Assembly: GCA_001949185.1 (NCBI GenBank)
Contig: BDGG01000004.1
Location: 1,141,620 to 1,205,619 of the forward strand
Source of the DNA: Ramazzottius varieornatus
Lineage: Eukaryota > Animalia > Tardigrada
Direction: 5' to 3'
Length of the DNA: 64,000 nucleotides
Positions within the stretch are counted from its first letter, which is position 1; each line of letters opens with the position of its first letter. Of this stretch, positions 1-13,571 are shown in pieces. Made by a program: the position numbers and the translations under genes. The notes under the pieces are model-generated. The model worked only from the letters and a program-made list of their open reading frames with translations, was not told the DNA's origin and ran no database searches.

Positions 1-56
1 TATGTAAGATAAAACTCCAAATGTGATGGATACGAGCACCCCCGCAGAAAACAAAC

Positions 57-2758
57 CTGAATTTCAGCGTCGCGTTTGGAGAGAGCGCTGTTTAGATCAG
101 AAAGTTTCTTGTCGATAGTCTCACGCTCATGGGCCGCATGACGTTCTCGGTCACGGGATTCTTGCAGCTGGCTTCGCATGGTTTCTAGTGCTGCTTTCAT
201 CTCTTCCAGCTCATTTCCGATATCCTCCTCGCTCTACAGAAACAAACGATTAATCAAAAAAATCGTCATGCATAACATTACAGCCACGAAAAGCTCACCG
301 AGCGAACGTGAGTTTCGGTTTCCAGCAGCTGCATCTTGTTTTGCTGCGTCAAGTGCTGAACTTGTTCCTCCAACTGCTGAATCTTGATGTAGCCAGTTTG
401 AAGGTCGCGCATTAGCCGTTCCTTCTCGGTCCGGCAAGAGGCAAGCTCACTGGTCATATCCTCGGCGTCATCGCGTACTCTGTAAACCACCAATAATGCA
501 ATGGAGTTCTCAAAAGAGCATTTCCAGTTATCGAAGCATGATCAAGCAGAGCTGATGTTTCGTGAAGGAGAATTACAGAAGTACCTTGTCAACTGATCGG
601 AACTCTCAGAGGAGGCAAGGCGGCTTTGACTTTCCGATTCTTTCAGGCGCTGAGTGAACTGGTTCACGTCTGCAGCATGCTTATCCTGAACTTCCTTCAG
701 GCGAAGCGTCAGTGTCCTGACCTGGTTCTCCAATGTCGGCACCTTCTCTGCCAAGCTTTTTTGTGCTTCTGTCAACTGCCGACTCTGCAAACGCTCCTGG
801 TTCAACAAACCTCTGCAGAACAAGAAAAGAGTTATCACTATGGTTCCACCGCCGTGTACGAACAAGACACTCACTTGAGGTCTTTGAGCTGTTCAGACAA
901 GACTCGATTCAGTCCCTTCTCTTCAATTAGATCCTTCTCTTTTCCTTCGATCAGCCGACGGGCAAGGGTGGCTGGATCAACAGTCTTGCTTTTACCCAAC
1001 TGGACCCATTCCGAATGGCGTTCGCTCTGCTTGACAATCAGGACATGCAGGAGACCCTGAGTTTGCTCGTCCGACAGGTTAACGTTGCGCAAAAGACCCA
1101 AAACCTCGCTGTATTCGGAGCCTGCAAGGAACTTGCTAAACTCACCAGCTTTAAAAAGACGTAGGCAAACAAACTCAATTCTTTCTTTCAAGCGGCGCCC
1201 GCTTACAGCTCCTAACACTAACAACATGCGCCAGTTGAGAAAACGATGTTATCAGGTCGGTTTGCTGACATCCCATATCAAGGCCACAGAAAAGTGAAGA
1301 CCCATACATACCAGTAGCAGCCGGACTTGCAGCAAACAAGACTTCTTTTCTGGAAGTACTCTCGGAAGTCGAAGCAGTCTTCTCTTTTCGACGTTGAGTA
1401 CCTTCCTGTTTGTTCAGATCCTTCGGTCCGTTGTCAGTCTGCTGCTCGTTCACAGTGTTCACGCTGGTTTCAGACTTCTTCGCCGTCTTCTTCTTGTCCT
1501 TTCCACCAGCTTTACCGGCTGTCGTCACAGCCGCCATGGCCTCCGAAGGACGAGGCATGGACTCCATCAGGTGTTGGGCCTTCTCCATCAAGACCTTACC
1601 TTGTTCGCTCACAGCCGTGGCCACATTGCTCGCTACATGTTCGGCCTGTTCCATCAGATGGTGCGACTCGGCCGACAATGTAGCCGTGACATCACTCAAG
1701 ACTTGTCCACCGCGCTCCTTGAGAACTTTTCCTTGTGCTGCTGTGGCAGCAGCGACCGTGTCCAGCATGTGGCTGGCTTTGTTGGCTAGGCTAGCGTTCT
1801 CGTCATTCTCCGACTCGGATTTGTCTGTTCGTTTGCTGCTGGTCTTTTTCTTCTTCTCGACGGACTTCTCTTTGGCCAGCTGCTGAGGCTGTGGGGAAGC
1901 TACCTTAGACTTTGAAGCTTCGGTGGTTTTCTCTTGTCGCTTGACAGGGACGGGCGCGGCCTCGTTAGCGCTAGACTCGCCATCGGTACCGGAAGCTTGG
2001 ACTTTGCCTTTCTGGCTTTGCTGCTGTTGCTGCTGTTTCCCTTTGGTCGTGGTCTTGACTTCGGCATGCACCTAATACAATAGAACATGCAATCATGTAA
2101 CACGATAACATCGGACGTTCGCCTTCTTCAAGTTCGACCACGGGCAGAATCGGACACTACGTGCGCACACTGCCTCATGCAACACTGAGATAAGCACATA
2201 AACACATGACGTCCTGTAAAAATAAGCATGTGCAGTTACAATGTCCGTGGCGCTCTGAATACATGGTGCGCAGTGTGCGCTGTGCATCATAATCAGTGAC
2301 GACATTCCACGTTGCACAGTAGATAAGAGGATTTGAATTGCCGTCTTCTGACGGAGATTACGGACAGTTCCCTGGGATTGTGCAGGCTTCCCATCACAAA
2401 GTTCGAGTGTAAACCTCAACGTCGTCTCACGAGGTCCAGACGACGTTGAGGTCTGCAAATGCAAAGGAAGCAGGCTTACTTGGTTCACCCTGAGCTTCTC
2501 GGTAGCTGCCGCCAGACGAGGTTGCTCGCCATCCGATCCAGCATCGTTCTGCTGGGGTTTAGCCTTCTTAATCCTGCTCTTGTCCTTGCTGGCTTTATTA
2601 GAAGCGTCGCTGGCATACGAGGCTCTAGCAGAGCCTCCACGCTGCTCAGCCAAGGCTTCCTCGAACGTCTTCTCCCGCAGGAAATGGTTAAGGAAGAAAT
2701 AGGCTAAGGCTATCCCACCCAGGCCGATCGCCAACGCAATCAACTCCACGCCAAACAT
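57..2758 (-). CDS. RRBP1: Ribosome-binding protein 1 (p180)/kinectin-like ER membrane coiled-coil protein, 3' end beyond the left edge
   Basis: N-terminal signal-anchor followed by the family motif (MFGVELIALAIGLGGIALAYFFLNHFLREKTFEEALAEQR), a K-rich disordered region, the conserved 'LRNVNLSDEQTQGLLHVL...EW' block and long heptad coiled coils. Phase-consistent exons: 2758-2480, 2071-1312, 1148-875, 812-585, 479-299, 233-57. An upstream in-frame ATG at 2839 is an alternative start. Confidence 0.75.
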
Positions 2759-4362
2759 GTTGTACGGATACTGCAAAAAGTCGACCACTTTTGAAACGTT
2801 ATTGTCGTTGAATATGAACCTATATAAAGACGGGAACATTTCTAGATACAGTCAGCGTATTCCAGACATTCCCCATTACATTCCTGCGCGCTCGGAACAC
2901 GGATCAGCACATGTCGCAGCTATCCGTAATAACACCCGCGGATTTGTTTCTGGATATCAACATCATCGCACGAGTTATTATCATTTGCGCATGGATTACC
3001 TTGATATCACGTCAATCGATCAGGCGAGCAATATGGATATTATGTAGGTAGGTGAGAGAGGAGACGTCTATGGAAGCAAGCCCAGTCTGTTCTCGCGGGT
3101 CCCCGGATCCCAGCAGGTAGTCGCCGATGAAGAGATTAACTCCTAACAGATTTATCTGGTCGGGGATTGCGTGCGTACACGTTTACCAGTCAGGTCGAAC
3201 ACTTTAACCTTCAAGAGGAAACGTCAAGGCTGCCTAACAAACCCGGACTTGCTCGAATAAAGTTTAGAGTTCGTTCTCCGTTCCAACACTCCGCTCCGCA
3301 CCGCCTTGGTATACAGTGATGACTTGTACCTGTATACAGTCCACAGTTGATTACGCCCAAGAATTCGTATGTAGGTCCATGCAACAAAGAGGCTTCAGTG
3401 TTTGGCCGATTGGTTCTTTGGGTGTGGCGACCTCGTTGCACCGTTTGGTCGCACCCCGACCAAAAAAATCCTAAATGCACTTTTAATTCTTCTTCTTCAA
3501 GGTGTGCAGAGATTGCTGAATCGAACTTTGTAGTGTCAAACATACATGTATCGGCAGAAGGATGCAGACGGGTACAAGTTTACGGTAGTAAAGTTAATGG
3601 AAAGGGGGTAACTTTGAAGAATGGCCAGTGCCGGAATGTCGCAGTATGGGACGGAATAAATATGAGCTTAGTATTAAAAAACATGCAAATGTAGAATATG
3701 AAACTTCAATGAAGACTAAAGAATCTTAGAAAACTTGAAAAATCCATACGCACGATTACTAAGGCGAAGAATAACCGGTAAGAAGTTAACCAAGCGAGCA
3801 TTTTGAGGATGGCAATTACCTAGACAGGCAATAGTTAGACCAGAACTCTATTAAGTTACTATATCTAACAAAGAAGAGAAAGGGCAACAATTATCAAAAT
3901 AGCTTCAACAACGAGGGCGGCGATTCTGTAGCACTGAAGAAGGGTGGCGACAGCGCAAGCACCATATCCATCGGAGGCTGGCACGGAATACCGTCGACCC
4001 GACCGCAGTGGTTCTTCGTTCGAATCAGAACGATGAAGAAAAGCAGCCTAAACAAAACTTTATGAGCATGCTGTCCATTTCCTGTTAATAGTGAAAAGAA
4101 CAATGACTTCGCTCTTACAGTTTTACAGCGCACCATGGACCCCGAAGAGGAAGAGTGAAATGCGAAGGATAGAATTGGTCTTTCGGTTGTGGTGGGCCAA
4201 TGGAAGATTTTGAATGCGTTGGATTTATGGCTATATGGATAGTGGATACTGGAGATAAGGCACTTTGCTTTGTGTTGCAAGAATATTTGGTAACTCGTAT
4301 TTGGATAGTCCGCGACGGACCAATGTGCAGTCTTTGGGACCTCCACCGTACAGACCTCAGCT

Positions 4363-7300
4363 TCAAGAGCTCTGAAATAAAATCTTCTTATAAGTTTAAG
4401 AACAAAATGGAATGGCAAAACTGCCCCTTCACGTACCTCATCCGCGACCGCAACCACACGACGGATCGGAGTGATCTGCACCTTAGCGGCTTTGAGTAGA
4501 GCCTGGTACTTGGTGATCTGCTCTCCCAGCGACCTAACAATACATACCGTTCTAGCTCTAACGTAGTAATCAGCAATCAGCAAAACGCGTTATGCAGACT
4601 AATTATGAAGGTACCGGTAAGTATTTTCCGACGCAGACAGCTTGCGTCGGAGCTCGCTGTTTTCTTCATTCAGATTTTTCACCCTGGAAAGACGAAGTTG
4701 TGAAACCGATCGGTACTCGTACTCTTAGGGCTCTGATCAACACAAATAAAAACAACTTACTTCTTTTCCAGGCAATCAATGTATTCCTTCTTCTTCCTTC
4801 GGCTTTCCTGAGCGGAAATCTGTGACGAAGACTCGTCAGCTACGGTGAGCTACCGAGACGCTGTGGTTTGACAATGAGAGATGCTAAAACGAACCTTGTT
4901 CTTGATTTTGCGGCGAATGCGCTTTAGGGAGCGTTCTTCGGCTTTGGTGAGCGGCAATCTCACCGGTATGGGGTAACCTTCGGCCGTCAAGGTTCGCTTC
5001 TCTTCCTCCGTAAGAAGCAAAGACCCGTCACCGGAGGTGCATAACTGCAAAGAAAACTTGCGTCAATTGCAAAGACAAGTTAGACAACCTGAGGGTTTGG
5101 CAAATGTATACCGAATTGGAGATGGCAGTCGCCAGACAAAGGGTGTTGGGCGAGGAAGATGAATGGCGAATGATAGGACTGAGTACAGGTGAAGAACTGG
5201 ACGAAGAGTCTCCGTCATTACTGGCTGGTGGAGTAGGTGGCAGGTGGAAGGAGCTAGCCTTGGCTTTAGAGGTGCCGGGATGCGAAGGACTTTGGCTGGT
5301 GCGAGCACTGGACGGTGCACTGCCGCTGCAGGAGCTCCCGCTAGAGTCTGAGTCGAAGCCGGCACTGGAAGAAGCGTGGGTTGGCCAGTACTGGTTGATT
5401 ATACGACTGTCGCCGTCCGTAGGTTCGCTCTTGATGGTGATGCACTGGCCCAGAGTCAAATTGTTGGAACGGCTTTTGGTGGTCGAGGCAGACTTTCCTT
5501 CGGTTTTGACCCCGTCTGAAAAACACAGAAAAGATAAAATTATTGCTCCAAAATGAAATTCGAATACATTTTCAAGAATGGAAAATTATAAAATCGACGA
5601 CGTAATCGTTTTGCGGAAACGGTTTTCGAGAAATACTGTGTGCTGAATAATTCTCAGAATAGGCTGACCCTTGCTCTCACCTTACTTCTGCGCGTTTATC
5701 TAAACAGCTTCTCGTAACCAAAATCTGAAAACTTAATTTTTGCAAGCAGGGGAATGTTTCATTGGTTTTCGCTTATTCATAAAAGCGCAGAGTGATCCAG
5801 GACATTACTGTACAAATATCTATCAGGAACAATGGAAGCCTTCAGAGTGGGTTAGAAGTGGTAATATGCGGTAACGCGGCTGACACGCCGCTTTGCTGCA
5901 TACGAGTAGACAACGAAGGACTCATTTGGAGTCTTCTGGAGTGGCCTGCCTTCATTTAATCGGCAAACGCGTATATATAATAAACCTCAACGGCCATTTT
6001 TAATGTCTACGTTTCCCTGCTCATGCGGCACACAAAGAGCCAACCATTCAAACAAAATATAAATATTCAAAAGTCAGTCAACTGTAACATCTTTTGTGAT
6101 GAGTGTGGTGTTGGTTGGTTAGAGTAGATACTGACCATTGGTTCGTTCGTGTGGAAGGGCGCCATCTTTCGACATGGCCATGAGGAAGTCGCTGAGAGGA
6201 TCGTGCTCCAGCTCGTCCGGACACTGTCCGTGTAGTAGTCGGCCATTGTGGACCAGGCCGTTCAGCAGTGGCAACAACGGGTCAGATTCCACAAAATGGC
6301 CGCCTAAACTATCGAAAAAGTCGATGGCGTCGTCTGGTCGACCGTAACCCTGCAATGGAAAGAATAAGTTACTGTATAAAACTGCTCTAATTACTCACTT
6401 CCTTATGGATACGCCCATAACCTCATGTTTTCTACCAAGTTATGCGGCTATCGTAAATCTCATTTCAAATGTCGTTCTTTGAGGTTGCTCTGTCTCAAGG
6501 TGTGCTCGTTCAGACTTCTCCAATTACACCCGAGTATGGTAAGGCTCGCGTCCGCTGCTTATATCAACCGGATCTCCGCGAGGCTAATCTCTCCGAAACT
6601 CATCTTGCAAAGCGTCATGTGAAGATGATCGAGGCATTCCTCTGGCCGATGTATTCTATACTTCGCATCTGAAGGCCAAAAACGAAGAGGCATGATGAAG
6701 CGATAGGTAGTATGGAGGCATAGCGCGAGATGATGAGGTCCATGCACCTCAAGCTCCTAACAACCAAGAGAGGGCGAAAACATGGCTGCAAGCTACAAAA
6801 AACTGACTGACTTTCTCTCAACAACTTTCCCTCGCATCATAACGTACAAAATACGACTTTACGATGACCATCAATGTTATTTGTCAACCATACACAGAAC
6901 AGATTTTGCAAAGGACCTGCCGTTCATGTCTTCGAGAACCTCGATGTTTTTTCTCGAATCAGTGAAAGAAGTACGGTAATCAACACCCGCCCATTTCTCG
7001 CCGACTTTTTCGTCTCATCAGACTATTCGCTTTGATGGACCACAGCATCATGATCGATGTGTTATTCGATCAAGTATAATCACAGCACGAAGCAACTTCC
7101 CTTCTGTCCATCGGCTGTCTACCACCGATTGACAGTTGCGAGCAGAAAAACTCAGCAGAGTTCAACTTGAAGAATAGCCACTTCAAACCTCGAATAACTT
7201 TGGCAAGACCAGTTACGCCGCTAGGGACCTTTTGTACGGTGAGTCGGTGACTGGTCAATGCACAGACAGCCAGACATTAGTGAAACGGAAAAGCGAAGCC

Positions 7301-10214
7301 CATATTATCACCACCAACACATCCCGGGCCGTTGTTCCAAAACCGGCCATGCTCCATCAAGATATGCATACCCAATACTTCGCAAAGCAAGCTCAGTTTT
7401 GTCCTGATTTTTTTACCAAATGGGTTCGAACCGAATCTAACTGTGGTGTAATTACTGTAGTATGAAATTGAGCATGTGTGAGTAATGTCCTATACGCTCC
7501 AATTACAATTTTAAGCCACGACGAACTACCCCACTGTGTATAATTGTACAGCAAGAAATTTGTGTGCTGGCATTTGATACGGTTTATCGACCTTGAACTC
7601 TCATTACACTCTTCTTCACCACCACTGCCTCCTGGTTTAATAAACGTCTTGACGTGAGCCAAGCTGAGTGACAATAAGAAAATCTCCTGACATCTGCACT
7701 GGCGAAGTACTCGCGCATTCGAAAGACCCTCTGGCGCAAAGAAGGGTTCACTTCTGCGCCGATCCCCAGAGAATGTTGCTTGCTCTCCGTTTTTTGTGGT
7801 GGCTGATGGTCCGTTCTATACAGCTCCGACGACCTTCATCAACCATTAATCTTTCATCTAGTCAGCAAGATAGAATAAAGAGTAATGCTACTTCCGGTCT
7901 GTGACTGTCTACAGCTAATTCTCTTGATCTCTAGCTCTCGGACAGCGCACTCACGTGAAGCCCCGTCTGTGTATCATAGCGGTCTTTCGACAGATTTGTT
8001 TGGGCCAATGTTTGCTCAAGCTTACCTTGACAAACAGAGGGCATCCTGACTCGGCAAAAGGAGCAAGCCGTAAGGTCGAAGAACTCTCCTCCGGCACCCT
8101 AATTGTTTAAGGAAAAACCATAATTCTTTACTTCGAAAATTAGCCTAAACTACGACATAGTTATTTTTCGTAATCGTTTTTTTAAAACTAGTCTAAACTA
8201 CTTTTTGATTACTGTATATATTTCCCATTTTTTTCCTTAACCCATTTTATGTCCTATTTTGTATGGATCGAGTGGTATATCTTATGGAATGACAGGAAAG
8301 AAGTCGGACGAACTTTCCCACCACCGGCACGCCCTTGCATGCTTCGAGACAGGCAGTCTAAACCACCAGGCTTTTTTATTTAGATTGAATTTGCCCGACG
8401 AACAATGCAGGTCAGGGTCAGAAAGCAGGGAAAAAATGTGGCGACTGCTCAATTAGCAGCAACTTTTTGAGGTCGAAGGTTACCCACAAGTACTGCAAGT
8501 TCACAATCGTCAAACCAAAACATGCAGTATCATTTCTAGAAGCCGTTTCATAATTTAATTAGTCAGCAAATAAAGATGGTCATTTTTCGGTTTAATTAGG
8601 TAATCTCGTCCATTAGATCCCTCGAATTTCCACCTTCCCATTTGTTCTTTTGATCTTTTCCAGTGGCAAGATTTCGAGATCCGGATCAATTTCGAAAAGC
8701 AATCTTTCAGTGCGATAAGTCAATTGTTCTTGTCCGTCACCATAAAGAGTAAATATAAAACTAGTCCATAAACTCACGACAAAGATAAGCAAGACAAACC
8801 GTGGAAACGCCCGCCAGACTATCTCTGGGTGACCAAGTAGCGAACTCGATCGTTGTATCTACAATGCAAACAAACTCCCTTATCTCGCTTCGAAACATGT
8901 TAGTCTCTGATGATGAAGAACCCTCGGAAAGCTGCCAAGGGTTTCCCATCAAGGGGTTGTTTCTAACCGGCCATATTAGCCTGAAGTCAATGAATGTTAC
9001 GATGTGAGAACGGCGATATGCATGCAGGGAGCTCGACAAGCAACTTGTCACTGAACTGACCATACTGTCCATACACACCGCGACGCATTCCTAATCAAGC
9101 GCGCTATTAGACTTGAAGCCTCATCCAACTTATACCTGCAAGGGCTATCTGTATACCTCTTGCACTTCTACAGCCATCACAGCTAGCTTGTTTTCCGTCA
9201 GCCATCCATGCATCCAACCATCCATCCGACCGACCGACCATCTACCAAGGCCATTCTTCAATGAACTGTCCACAAGTACAGTGCATATGACGCGAGGTGT
9301 AGCCTATAGGTAGGCCATGGCATTTTGGAAGACCGCGATGGTCATCAAGATTGACAAGACACTATTGACAGCATCGGACATAACAGGCCTATGATCTATA
9401 GCATACAGTCAAAATTCAGGAGGCAGTATAAGAGAAGAGCAACAGGTACGCAATCTCATGCCTGCGGCGTCCTGAAAGTCGCTTCGATCTACGACAAGAA
9501 GGAAGACCATGCAAAGTCGAAGTTGATACTCTGTGGTTGGACTGGACAGTGGACATAACATCGTCCTATCTGATGGTCGTCTGCAATATATCTCCCTTCG
9601 CAAATCGCATGCCAACATGCGCGCGCCTTGCTTTCATTCAGTTCTCATGTGTCGCCCAGAGTTAATCATTAGAAAAACATCCCGGCATTTATTGTCGAGA
9701 TAACGGCCTATCTGCCTTACTTGACCGACTGCAATTTCGGTTTTGCCTACGGGCAGTGCATTACCTCCTTCGCTTCGAAATTCTCAATGTCGTTGAAGGG
9801 TACCTATCGACCACAAGCCTAGTCTTCTTCGAAGCCAAGAAATCTTTACGGCATTGAATCACGAAAGGTACACAGCCATCTTCCCTTCACCGGAACTGCT
9901 CTACATGAAAACTTCACCGAAATGTAAATTATTGACACAAGAGTAAGCGAAAGCTATCATGCAGTTGAACAGAAGCGCCATTGCTAGTCGATACTATAAT
10001 ATACCGGCTAACCTAGTAGAGCAACAAGTGGCTACAGCCGCAATCTCGTCTCGATTCCGATAACGTATTTGGTTCGCCTGAGTTCGAAATGTGCTTTCGG
10101 CGTAATTAACAAACTACAGTTTATTTAACCTACCTCTGTATCGAGAAGGTCGACTTCCATCAAGGTGCGATCCCACAGGCCGTAATCACTGATGATACCC
10201 TCATCCGTATCCAT
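4363..10214 (-). CDS. CrebA: CREB3-like/CrebA bZIP transcription factor
   Basis: Adjacent-to-bZIP motif '[42 protein letters not shown]|[21 protein letters not shown]' is typical of CREB3L/CrebA. Exons: 10214-10134 ([27 protein letters not shown], resembling the WDRKL of CREB3L2), 6351-6136, 5515-5112, 5044-4895, 4819-4761, 4683-4615, 4533-4437, 4371-4363. The first and last exons are less certain. Confidence 0.88.
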
Positions 10215-11419
10215 AACGACGGAGGACGTTGTCGCCAAAGCTTGCTTCCGGTTCTCTATGTGCAAAGCTCGATCGTTCTCTCTCTGTCACCGGGTTGAAG
10301 GAAGACGATCCAGGAGGTGTTTCGGTGTGATCTGTAAAGATGAATATCCGTCAATAACCGGCGCTGTACCATATGCGGACACAGAATGAAAATGATAAAA
10401 AGTAGGAAAATTTCTCTGCTGCAATTGGAAAAGTCGATCAGTCGCAAAGGCCTAGATACTCTGAACTTCCTGCTTTACCTCCGACTTTGTCCGCCTACAT
10501 CACCAGAGAGTATAGTCGCTGTATCCCAAGATCAGACAGACACCGGTTACTTACTTACAAAAGCAATAGCTACTGTGTAATCACAGTTACGACTGGAATC
10601 GTCTTCTGAAGTACATAACATCTAGTCAATCAGCATTCACTCGCAACCAGCAGCACCAGCAACTCACCGGTCGGTACAACTGCCTGCAATCGTACCGTAC
10701 CACTGTAAACTCCAGACTTCTAACACTGATAACGCCCTGCGCAATTGTCGAAGCTGTACTCGAGCTGAGCAAATACTGCACCCTCTCATAACCGTGGAAC
10801 GTGTTGCGTACGATTATTCAAAGAAGAAGCAGTCTTTGACGCAATATCGAACTTCTTCGTAGCCGCACGACTGCACCGGAAAGGGGATCGCAACTTCAAG
10901 GCGAAACCCATGAACCAACGGGTCCTGTACCGATCCTGTTCACGTCCCGAACGACCTGCCATCAGAGACAGAACGACGTGTCACCAGACTAGCTGGTGCG
11001 CACAGGCACAGCCTGCTTGCGCTGGTATTACTGCGCAGTTTCTAGGTGGGCGGAGCATACTAACGACGCATCGCGTTTCAAGACGCGCCATGGCGGCAAG
11101 TGGCCGAACAGACAAAACTGAAACCTCACTGAAAATCTCAGTTGAGTTTGTTCGGCCATTTCGATAACATAAGTATATAGAAAACGTTGCAGCGTTCCCG
11201 ATAACCGGTTTCGTGAACCTCATGCGCGGTTGGTTCTCCAGTAAACCGCTGCAAGAGAAGGTATCGAATGACCCATTTCAAGAAGAGTATGGCTCTGTAA
11301 GTCTCGTCAAAAACCTCTAGCAAAACTCGATAGCTGGACCCTAGACTACCGGCCTGCCCGAAACTTGTGCGGACTTGTCCAGACGTGCTTCGACGGAAGA
11401 AAGCCCTGTAAAATTAAAG

Positions 11420-11605
11420 AAAGGAAACGGATTGGAAGCGAAGCGGATCGGAATCAAAGCGGATCGCATCGCGATCAAAAACGGACCGGACTGAGAACGA
11501 CCGAGAACGAGAACGGACTGGAAGCGTCTGCGCACCCGGATCTTGAAACGACCTTGGAATACAGCTCACGGAGTCGTTCCCACTCCGTTCGCTCGTCGTT
11601 CAGCG
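11420..11605. repeat. Cluster of short AACG/AACGG/AGCGG motifs that switches to the complementary CGTT motifs (possible decayed MITE)
   Basis: aaacgga, aagcgga x2, aaacgga, gaacga x2 and gaacgga on the left, then tcgttc/ccgttc/tcgttc on the right. No convincing TIR or TSD found. Confidence 0.3.
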
Positions 11606-13571
11606 TCTTTTTTAGGCCTGGTCTTTCTTTCTTGGGAAGCAGGTGGCAGTCTTTGTACGTAAGAAACCTTGTCCTGTTGCGATTGTTCCAGTGTACTTTG
11701 CACTTCCGGTTACGTCAAGGCGCAGCACTGCAATAACAGACAAACAGATTAGGCTAAAATTCAAGTCCACATTCTTGTGGTACTTGGACCAACTAACATT
11801 GGAGAGTTCGGCTTGACTTGTCGTCCTGCAAAATGACCAGTGCGCGAGCCTAACGGGGTAGCAGGCTTGAAGCGAACTCGGTTTCTCAAAACAGACGGAC
11901 GGGGGACGTTTTCTTTGAAGCAAGAATGCAAGTGACTCCTAGATTACCTGAACTGCTTCACGAAAACCAACAGACCTGAGAAACCACAGTGAAGGGTCGA
12001 AGATTTCACTGGTACTGAAAACAGACTGATTCGATATAACTATATATAATTTTTCATCCACTTACGCGCTCAAGCTGTGATGTCCGGCAGTCGCTCCTCT
12101 GCACCTCCCACTCCCAGGTCCAAAGGGCAGTCCGAGGCGTTCTGGTAGTCGGAAGTGATGCTTGATAAGTTGAAATTCGGTGGAGTAGAAGCTCCGTAGG
12201 AAGCTCACCTCAAGCAACTACCCCGTCCACTTCCAAAACAAAAGCCGCCGCTCCAACAGTCATCCAAGCATGGAAACGTACTGGGTTCCTATTAAGCCCG
12301 CAGGTCTGTCTAGAGCTCACTCCATTCCCGTATTCGCAATAACTATCCGCAGACCTTTACCTAAACCTGGTTGGGAAGTCGGAACAAAGTTTCGGAATTT
12401 AAAGTTTAGACTGTTCTTTTCCCCAGACAGGGAAATTCGAATTCAAGTATGCACTGGACGTCCGTCGTACGTAACTACGGCTTACATACTAATGACACTA
12501 TAACATACTGAATCACTTGCGCCAAAATGGTTCCTTCCAGAAACCGGGAAACGGGAGAATGCATACGGTGTTGTGCTCCGCCCTGGCTGATGTTTTACTG
12601 CAAGAGCTGATGACAGAATTTTTTGTTGTTCAAACCATACAAACGGTACGTACTGTGTGAAAACTGACTTGATGCCACTCAAAAAACCAGACTTCCGCTT
12701 CAAATCACATTATGCTTCTCTGCAAATTGTGAAACCAGGAATATCGTCGCGAAGCTGAGAGCATTCCAAAGTGTTACCCCATTTTGCACGTTTATGCAAT
12801 CCACTAGAGGGAAAACGCTGCCCTAAGCACGTTTCCGGAGGTCTAGTACTTGAAAGACGCTTTATAGGAAGATAATTGAATATTTTCCTTATTCGAAGTA
12901 CGCGCTAACATGCACTAGGAATGTGATCAAAGCCGCTTCTAAACACCGGGTGATCAAATAATTTTCGTGTAGCGGGTGAGCTTTAATCGGTGGAACTTCG
13001 AGAATACCAACCACAAAAATATCCAGGGTTTCGCGATCCTTGAGGATCATGAGGTCGTTTACCTACTGTCGAAAATGACGCCGAAGATGGAAAACCGGTT
13101 AATGTAGCTATAGTGGTACATGATAGTTGCAGTACGAGGTAGAGGACATAATTCGGGCATATTTTTTCGGAGCTCCTGCTGCACCTAATGACGTGTTTCT
13201 TGTTTCCTGAGGTAGATCAATCTCTCTCCCCAAGGTCCGAATAGGTTTGGGGACGACTAAATGTTGTAGGTCAGATGACCCAGTCGTGGGGGAGAGACGG
13301 GTCGGTCCAATGGTAAAAAGCCTGCAGTTGTATTAACAAAGGTACGATGAGAGATCAATCAAGACTTGATAGTAATACTTATACTTAAACGAAGCGAAAA
13401 TCGCCACAGTTCTACCTCCCAGATGTGTCAATTCAAACGCTTGATTTTGTTTTGCGATGACCCATCTGTTTACTACACGGTGGACCAAAACAAACGAAAT
13501 ATGGCAAGCCATTCAGCACAAGGCTGCCATGCAATATCAGATTCTATCAGTCAGAAACGTGAACGATCGAC

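Noticed and set aside
626-1886. Plus-strand ORFs overlapping the RRBP1 exons (and similar antisense ORFs over other genes)
   Set aside because: Antisense shadows of real coding exons caused by codon bias.
1312-2071. RRBP1 exon 2 as a Dsup homologue
   Set aside because: The resemblance is architectural and compositional only; there is no RRSSR/HMGN-like motif or alignable sequence, and the exon splices in frame into an ER membrane protein.
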